DNA from: Octopus vulgaris
Taxonomy: Eukaryota
Length of the DNA stretch: 64,000 nt
Reading direction: 5' to 3'
NCBI GenBank assembly: GCA_951406725.2
Contig: OX597830.1
Coordinates: forward strand, 65,038,001 to 65,102,000
A program made the translations under genes and the position numbers. The number at the start of each line of letters is the position of its first letter. Within the stretch, counting starts at the first letter, position 1. The notes under the pieces are model-generated. The model was not told the DNA's origin. It saw only the letters and a list, made by a program, of their open reading frames with translations, and ran no database searches. Shown piece by piece: positions 55,631 to 64,000 of this stretch.

Positions 55631-56099
55631 GAATATAGGACCACAAGGCGTTCTGAATTACAAGAGATTGAGGGAATGTAAGAATATAAGAATGTTAGAG
55701 TGTAAGAATGTAAGAATGTCAGAATGTAAGAATGTCATACACGAACAAATAAACTTATACATCTCTCTTAAACTTGGCAAAACAACAAATACAAAATAGA
55801 TAAATAACAAATAAATAAATAGAACCCCTCTCACGTAAACGTATATATATAAACCAGCTTAGAGAAGAAGAAGAAACGAAACGAATCGAATCGACGCTCA
55901 GTCATACAAAAGTGTAATAAATAAAATATATGCATACATACAAACATATATGTACGCACCTACATCTACATGTATATATACATGCATATATAAATATATA
56001 TACGTGAGTACAGGACACCACAAATAGACGTAGAACTCAACGAGAAACGAAAACGTAAAAACAAGCATGGAACGGACCATTTTTTAACAACGGAAAAAC

Positions 56100-56157
<58 letters not shown>

Positions 56158-56404
56158 GTATGTATATATGCATACATGTATTCAAACATACATGCACGCA
56201 CATATATGCGTTTATTAACGCATATTAATGTGAACTTATATATATGTATGTATATGCGTGCGCATATATGTATGTCTGAGTGTCTGTACATATGCATGTA
56301 CGCACGTATTCAAATATGTATGTATGTACGTATGTATGTATGCGTGTGTGTGTGTATATATATATGTGTGTATTAGTGTGTGTTTGTATGTGTGTGTGTT
56401 TGTG

Positions 56405-56464
<60 letters not shown>

Positions 56465-56871
56465 GTAGCCGTTAACAATAGCAAAGCCAACATGACTGTT
56501 GCTGACATATGTACAACCACGTGATCATCTGTTTACAATGTTTATCCAATGGGACTTCGTCTGTTGTCAATAACTTTCTACTTACCTACCTACGTACCAA
56601 CCACCCGTACTACTTACATCCCATCTACTGTAAAGTCTTTTAACAACTCCCCCTCCCTCCACCCAAAGTTCACACCTTCCTACCTACCTATTTATCTACC
56701 TATCTACCTACATATATACATACACATGTACATACATACCGGCCTATCTCCCTGGTTAAGTACATGACTTCCTACAAATCTATCTACCTGCCAACCTAAC
56801 TACCGAATTACCTATCGACCAATCTACCCGACTATTTATCCGTCTCTTAGAAATGTCTGCTTCTCTGGTTG

Positions 56872-56942
<71 letters not shown>

Positions 56943-56955
56943 TTCTGTGTCTTCC

Positions 56956-56986
<31 letters not shown>

Positions 56987-57689
56987 CTACCTTATCTTAT
57001 CTCTTTACTTTTTTCATCTGAATCACACTTATAATCTTTTTCGAACAATTTTACTTATCAATAATTCTCCCCCTCTCTCTCTCTCTCCCTCACTCTCCCC
57101 TCCTTCTCTCTCTCTTTCTCTCTACTTCTGTTTTGTTCTCTCTCTCCCTCCATCATACATACATACACCCATCCTTTCTTAAATACAAACACATATAATG
57201 TTACACTCTTCCAAAATACGCGCATACACATAGAATGACTCACCCTCTCAGACATGCACGCACACTCACACATACGCAAGCATAATCTCCCTCTCATCTT
57301 ATTCTTATATTCTTCTTTTCTTGCCAATTATTCATATATTCAATCATTCCTTCCTTACTATCCATTTTAACTAAATATTCAATCTTCGCCCTCACTTTTC
57401 ATTTGTTTTCTGTTTTCTCTTTTCCTATTTATTCTTTTTGCTTTTCCCTATCGTCTGCATCCTTCCATTTTTCTTTCTCGTTTCTCATTTTTTTTAAAAA
57501 TTACACTTTAATGCTTTATTTTATCTTTCTTAAATACAAACGCATTTACTATAATCCTCTTTTACTTGCTTCAACAGCAGTACAAATATTTGAAGTTTGG
57601 TAGTTATTTTATCGGACTTTTTTTTATTTTGCCGATTTGCTAAGTTACGAGCAGGTAAACAAACTAAAACCCAGCCAAACACAAAGACT

Positions 57690-57995
57690 TATTCTTCTAC
57701 AAATTCATATAGACTTATACTTGTACGAATTCACATAGATTCTGTGTTTTTTCCGCTCAGAATTGCTGATGCTTGGAATAAACTACCCGCATAAGTTGTT
57801 AGCTGTCGGGACACGACAGCCTTCAAAACTCCCATGCTTCCTGCATTTCGCCGACTATACACCTGATGCTACCCGCCTTTTCCTTTTTCTTTTTTTTTTA
57901 ACGACTCATTCACTGTTCACGTCTTGTGCGTCATTCCATGTACTACTCTTGCACTGCTTTTGGCTACATTTTCTGATGAGTTGTAGACCACTGTA
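57690..57995 (+). pseudogene. 3' end of a CR1-like LINE
   Basis: FFPLRIADAWNKLPA*VVSCRDTTAFK matches the CR1 FF..R....WN.LP..VV......FK motif. Confidence 0.75.
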
Positions 57996-58016
57996 AACGA
58001 TAAGTTTATATATACA

Positions 58017-58452
58017 GGCGCAGGAGTGGCTGTGTGGTAAGTAGCTTGCTTACCAGTCACATGGTTCCGGGTTCAGTCCCACTGCGTGGCACCTTGGGCA
58101 AGTGTCTTCTATTATAGCCTCGGGCCGACCAAAGCCTTGTGAGTGGATTTGGTAGACGGAAACTGAAAAGAAGCCCGTCGTATATATTGTATACATATAT
58201 ATATATGCGTGTATGTGTGTGTGTGTGTGTGTGTATGTTTGTGTGTCTGTGTTTGTCCCCCTAGCATTGCTTGACAACTGATGCTGGTGTGTTTATGTCA
58301 CCGTCACTTAGCAGTTCGGCAAAAGAGACCGATAGAATAAGTACTAGGCTTACAAAGAATAAGTCCCGGGGTCGAGTTGCTCGATTAAAGGCGGTGGTCC
58401 AGCATGGCCGCAGTCAAATGACTGAAACAAGTGAAAGAGAAAAGAGTAAAAA
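58017..58452 (+). mobile_element. SINE family A, young full-length copy; further copies at 59078-59450 (+) and 59760-59925 (-)
   Basis: Consensus match. Confidence 0.95.
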
Positions 58453-58453
58453 G

Positions 58454-58544
<91 letters not shown>

Positions 58545-58858
58545 CGTTTCTCGTTTTGCCATCTGTGATTTTATTTTTGATCTTCTGCATAAATAAAGAT
58601 ATTTCCTCCGTCTGGCTGCTTTTCTCTCTTTCTGTCAACAAAACCGAAAGTTACATTGCGGAACAGTCATTCTAACGAGTTGTGTGTATCTATCACCCGA
58701 CGAGATACATTTGCATCACCGGATACACCTGAACCAGTTGTTGAGTGTCCCAACCCAGAGGAATCGATGCTAGATGCGTCGAAACTGTTACTGTGAATAA
58801 TAAATTCTCGTATATTCGATATTCCGTCTTTCATTTGCCATATATTGGACTTTCCTCT

Positions 58859-58893
58859 GTTTCTGAAGAAGAGCGTTGCTCGAAACGTTAAAT
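58859..58893 (+). ncRNA. Minimal type I hammerhead ribozyme motif
   Basis: gttt-CTGAAGA-a-gagc-gtt-gctc-GAAAC-GTT-aaat; canonical core. Confidence 0.75.
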
Positions 58894-59019
58894 CATCTTT
58901 CTTTCCTTCCCTGACCGTCTGGTAATACTTTACATGTACCATGTCCTCGCGTTGTTGTTTTTTGTGTTTGTTCATCCTTTTGGGGATTTACTGTATAATT
59001 ATATATATATGTATGTATG

Positions 59020-59078
<59 letters not shown>

Positions 59079-59486
59079 GCGCAGGCATGGATGTGTGTAA
59101 GAAGTTTACTTCTTAATCACAAGGTTCGCGGTTCAGTCCCACTGCGTGGCACTTTGCGCAAGTGTTTTTTTACTGTAGCCACGGGTCGACAAAAGCCTTG
59201 TAACTGAATTTGGTAGATGGAAACTGAAAGAAGCCCGTAGTATATGTATGTGTATATATCTACATGTGTGTGTGTCTCTGTTTCTGTGTTTGTCCCCCAC
59301 CATCGCTCGACAACCGGCGTTGGTGTGTTTACGTACCCGTAACTTAGCGCTTCGCCAAAGAGGCCGATAGAATAATTACTAGGCTTTACAAAAAACAATA
59401 AGGCGGTGCCCCATCATGGCCACAACGTAATGACTGAAACAAGTAAACGATATATATATATACAGACACACACACGCACACACACA

Positions 59487-59540
<54 letters not shown>

Positions 59541-59608
59541 ATTAACAGAATGAGCTAATTAAAAAATCCAAAGCTATAAAAGATTTCAGAACATTTATAA
59601 AGAGGAGG

Positions 59609-59654
59609 TCTTACAGCCGTTTCCGGGATAGTTTATTTATCCCTTCATCAGAGA
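59609..59654 (-). ncRNA. Type I hammerhead ribozyme motif
   Basis: rc: tct-CTGATGA-a-gggata-aataaac-tatccc-g-GAAAC-ggct-GTA-aga; canonical core, 6-bp stem II, GUA triplet. Confidence 0.8.
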
Positions 59655-60272
59655 GGTCGCGAGAAAACGTTTAAGTAATAGTTATTATAGAGAAGATATG
59701 AAATACAGAGTGAAGTGGAGGAATGGCATACATATAAGTTTCCTGTATCTTGTGTATATACGACGGGCTTCCGCACAGTTTCCACTTTTGCCAAAGCCAC
59801 TCGTAAGCCATTAATTGGTCCCGGCACTGTATTATAAGACTTTTGCTTAAGGTAGCGCGTTGTGGGGCTGAACCGAAAACCACGAACTTTGCTGGACGAT
59901 CTTCTTCATCACACAGCCATGCTTTACGACTTTCACAATTACTCATTTATATTTTTCTTTCATTCCCATTGTATACCAAATCCATTTCAAAACCGTTTTA
60001 TCCTTTTTCAACTTCATTCTTCTGTCCATCTTCATGTCAGTATTTTTTAAAGAAAAATATTCATATTTCCAAAGTTCGTTCTCTCTGTCTATCATTCTGT
60101 CTTCTATTCCTTTTGTCTCTCTATTTTGCTATTTATCTTCATTCTTTCTTTCTCTCAGTGCCTTAATCTCTCATTCTCTCGTTGCTGCCTCTATCGTTCT
60201 CTCTGCCTGTTGCGCTATCTTCTAGTCATTTTGTCTCTGTTACTCTGCCTTTCATTCTTTACGTTAGTTTAC

Positions 60273-60347
<75 letters not shown>

Positions 60348-61600
60348 ACTATCTGTCTATCTATCTATCTATCTATCTATCTATTTGTCTGTCTATCTGT
60401 CTGTCAATCTGTCTGTTTGTCTGCCTGCATGTCTCTCTGTCTATTTATCTATCATTTCATCTTCTTCCCTTATACTTTTCTATTGTCTTTCTCTTCTTTT
60501 ACACCGCTTCTTCTATTCTACTGCTCTCCCTCGTTCACCTTTTCTTCTTTATTATCATCGTCATCGCCATAATCATCATTATCATCATCATCATCGTCAT
60601 CATCATCAGTTTCCTTCTTCACCTTTTTCGTTTTGATTTTTTTCTATTTCACCTTCATTTTCGTGTTGATTTTCTTCTTCTTCTTCTCCTTCTTCTTCTT
60701 CTTCTTCGTCTTCTTCTTCTGCTTCTTCTTCTTCTTCGTCTTCTTCGTCTTCTTCTTCTTCTTCTTCTTCTTCTTCTTCTTCTTCTTCTTCTTCTTCTTC
60801 TTCTTCTTCTTCTTCTTCTTCTTCTTCTTCTTCGACCCCTGTTATCTCGCTCTCTGTGGTAATTTTACATCACCCACCGTTTTCTCTGACCTCCCCCACC
60901 TCTGTTTCACTTCTGCTGTTCGTTTTCTCTTTATTTCTCCATTTCTACGCTCTCTCTCTCTTTTTTCTTTTTATCTATCTTCCTGTTCCCACCGTGACCC
61001 TTTCTTCCTATTTCCATCTCTTCTTTTCTCCCCCAACCCCTCGCACATCCACTTCACTCGCACATCTTTTCATATTCTCACTCTTTTTTTCTTCCTTCTT
61101 CTCTTTCCAAAACTGTCTCCCAGTCTATCGATTAAGCTCACGTTCCATCTCTCCTTCAAACTCTCTCTCTCTCTCCTTCCTTTTTCTCTCTTCATACTCT
61201 CCTCTACGTTTTTATTCAACATTTTTTTTTCTTTTACTCAAAAAGCAATTAGCCGCAGCTTCGTAAAAGTGACATGAGACTTTTACATATTCGATGTTGA
61301 ATTTACAGTTCTACTGAACAAAAAGTATCTCGAGTAACCCTATAAAATCACTACGCTGCTTAGCTTTCAATAACAGGATTTTTTTTTTCTTCATTTTACA
61401 GAACTTTTTTTTATTTAGTTCTCCAGATGTCGTCTGCTTCAATGATTTTTTTCCCCTTTATTGTCATGAAGTGATTTTGTATTTACCTAGAGATTTGTGC
61501 GCAACAGTTAAGTAACTGTAGCAATTGCTGCATTGACGCCAAAGTAATATTTTATATATAAATATATACATGTGACTTCGTACTTTCATCTATGTATCTG

Positions 61601-61709
<109 letters not shown>

Positions 61710-61780
61710 GTGCAGCCCTGTGTGGCTAATAAAGAAACATATCTATCTATCTATTTATCTAAGTATTGATTTTTCCATCC

Positions 61781-61890
<110 letters not shown>

Positions 61891-62769
61891 TTATCAATAT
61901 ACATATATACATATATCTGTTTATCTATTTATCTATCTATCTATCCAGCGATCAATTTTTTTTCCCTATTTATCAACCGACCTATCTGTCTATCGATCGA
62001 TCTAGGTATTTGCCTATAAGTCCGTTTATGTGTTTATTGACAACATGTCCAATCCTTGAGTGTGTGTAAAATGCTCAGTGCACATATTAACACACACACA
62101 CACACACACACATATTTACACGCACGCACACACCACTACCGGGATCTCTTTAATGGATAATGTATAAATGACAGTTACAGCGCAATCTTAACAAAAAAAG
62201 GGCGTCATTACGCAAAGAAACGACATCACATGAGAGATATTGCACATCAAGAAACGCGGACGTATCAAGTCATATATTTAAACCCAACGAATTGTGAAAA
62301 CATAAAAAGTGGCAGAAGGCAAATTGAAGCAAGCAACACAACTTTACTTCATCTATTTGGAATATAAAAAAGAATAACACCACGATATTTTCGAACTACA
62401 TATGACCTTTAAAAGAAAATATCACCAATGTTGACAGTACGAAGGTTTAACATAAATGGCATAAACATTATGAAGAGGAAAAGATGCATATTTTAAATGA
62501 AAAACAAAACAATTGTGTAGCATAAACACTAAATCTGAACTCATCACAAAATGTCACCACTTCAACTATACTAATAAAAATTTTGGACTTGTACAGAATC
62601 ATTCAAAACCAAAAACAGGATACCATGCTACACTTGTAAAGAAATTTCGTTCTCAGTCGTCCGGATTACCATTCTCAAGTGTGGTCACCGCTGAGCGTCA
62701 AATAAGTAGCAAAACTAGAGGCAACCAGCGCACTAGACAAAGCAGATTGACCCGGTGAAACAGATGAGC

Positions 62770-63227
62770 TGAAGAGGCTAAAGGAACTGGAGCTCTAATC
62801 ACCAGAGAGAAGGCTTTGAAATATATGCAGTGATAAAGACTAACTCCAAACTTTGGAATTGAAAGCTATACTAAACCAACCACTGAACTAGATGGTACTG
62901 TTTAGTACCAAAGATCCCGTCTTTTTGATCTCGAATAAGGACTCGGTATTGTAACGGCTTGAGTTTCAGGGGTCCACACCTATTCAATATTCTGCCAAAC
63001 AACCACAGAGATTTGCGAGTCGTAGATGCGGAGGTCTTGAAAGAGCGTCTGGACAATTTTTTATCAGAAATACGAAATAAACCCACATCGCAACAAGAAG
63101 CATAAAGAAGGGCAGCACTGTCCAACTGGCCACTTCCCCAAAAATTGTACAGAAAAGAAACCCAATCACACTGAAAGGTGATGCTCCAGTATGGCCCCAG
63201 ACTCTGACTGAAACCAATAAAAGATAA
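62770..63227 (+). pseudogene. 3' end of a CR1/L2-group LINE ORF2 with SINE-A-type tail
   Basis: RLKELEL*S..., RYCNGLSFRGPHLFNILPNNHRDLRVVDAEVLKERLDNFLSEIRNKPTSQQEA*RRAALSN; then aaggtgatgctccagtatggccccagactctgactgaaaccaataaaaga. Confidence 0.85.
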
Positions 63228-63734
63228 CCACTAAACCACACATATCAAACAAACCCCAATGTTTCTAAATCAAGTTCTATTTCTCCTTGCTTTAATTGAA
63301 CATCTAGATAGCATATCCACATCCCCAGATCACCTATTTTTACTTGGTTCCACGACTTCACACCTGAATATTCCTATTTAAAGCCTTAAAGCAATTCATC
63401 CGTTTCCCTGTGAAAAAACAAAACAAAACAAAACAATGACCTTAACCAATTGGTAGCATTGTACTTATACAGATAATTAACATCGATTAATTACATACCA
63501 TTTCTGTAACTATTCTGATTTCTTCCCATTTTTCACTAAATCATCCCTGTTAATGCGTCAACTCTACTCACTATCGCCGCAACCGCCATATTTATCTCTT
63601 TCGCTATTTTTATAAAACTGTTCCTTCCAAAACATAATCGTAATAAAAGAAACAACCCGTGCATGTATATGGCCTCACAGACGAAGTGATGCCTGTCCCT
63701 AAAATCGGATTAACCAGAGCCGTTTAACTGACAC

Positions 63735-64000
63735 TCTGCCAGTTACGACGACAAGTGTTCCAGTTGATCCGTTCAACGGAACAGCCTGCTCGTGATATTA
63801 ACGTGCATGTGGCTGAGCACTCCACAGATACGCGTACCCTGAATGTAGTTCGCAAAGAGATTCAGCGTGACACAGAATGTAACAAGATTGGCCCTCTCAT
63901 ATACAGGTACAACTCAGATTTACCAGCTGATTGGACTGGAGCAACGTAAAATAAAACGTGTGGCTCGGGGACACATTACATTGCCGGGAATCGAACTCAC
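63735..64000 (-). mobile_element. SINE with a family-C-type head/CORE-like domain and the middle module, cut by the window end
   Basis: tggctgagcactccacaga.acgcgtaccct..a.gtagtt matches the 35590-35630 rc; ctggagcaacgt.aaataaa matches 8908-8930. Confidence 0.8.

Overview
This is an AT-rich, microsatellite-saturated animal (eukaryotic) window with no recognisable host protein-coding exon, so it reads as intergenic or intronic DNA. The tRNA-derived SINE families resemble those I recall from Octopus/coleoid cephalopod genomes; that assignment is inference. Almost all long ORFs in the track are translations of simple repeats. The real content is a layered fossil record of mobile elements: (i) dozens of tRNA-SINE copies from at least four modular families; (ii) 3' ends of CR1/L2-like and RTE LINEs, two of which carry the same 3' tail as the commonest SINE; (iii) a Penelope-like (Naiad-type) RT-thumb/GIY-YIG fragment followed by a near-canonical type I hammerhead ribozyme; (iv) TA-flanked Tc1, Tc2/pogo-like and Tigger-like DNA elements and a non-autonomous Helitron. 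The most striking signal is about nine hammerhead-ribozyme motifs with covarying stems, mostly in short elements embedded in microsatellites. These include a tRNA-headed element with an internal (AAT)n and a hammerhead-bearing tail arranged as an inverted pair around one tRNA core (47291-48092), which is a candidate Penelope-mobilised, ribozyme-carrying SINE. All calls were made by eye; boundaries are approximate unless defined by TIRs, TSDs or stems.
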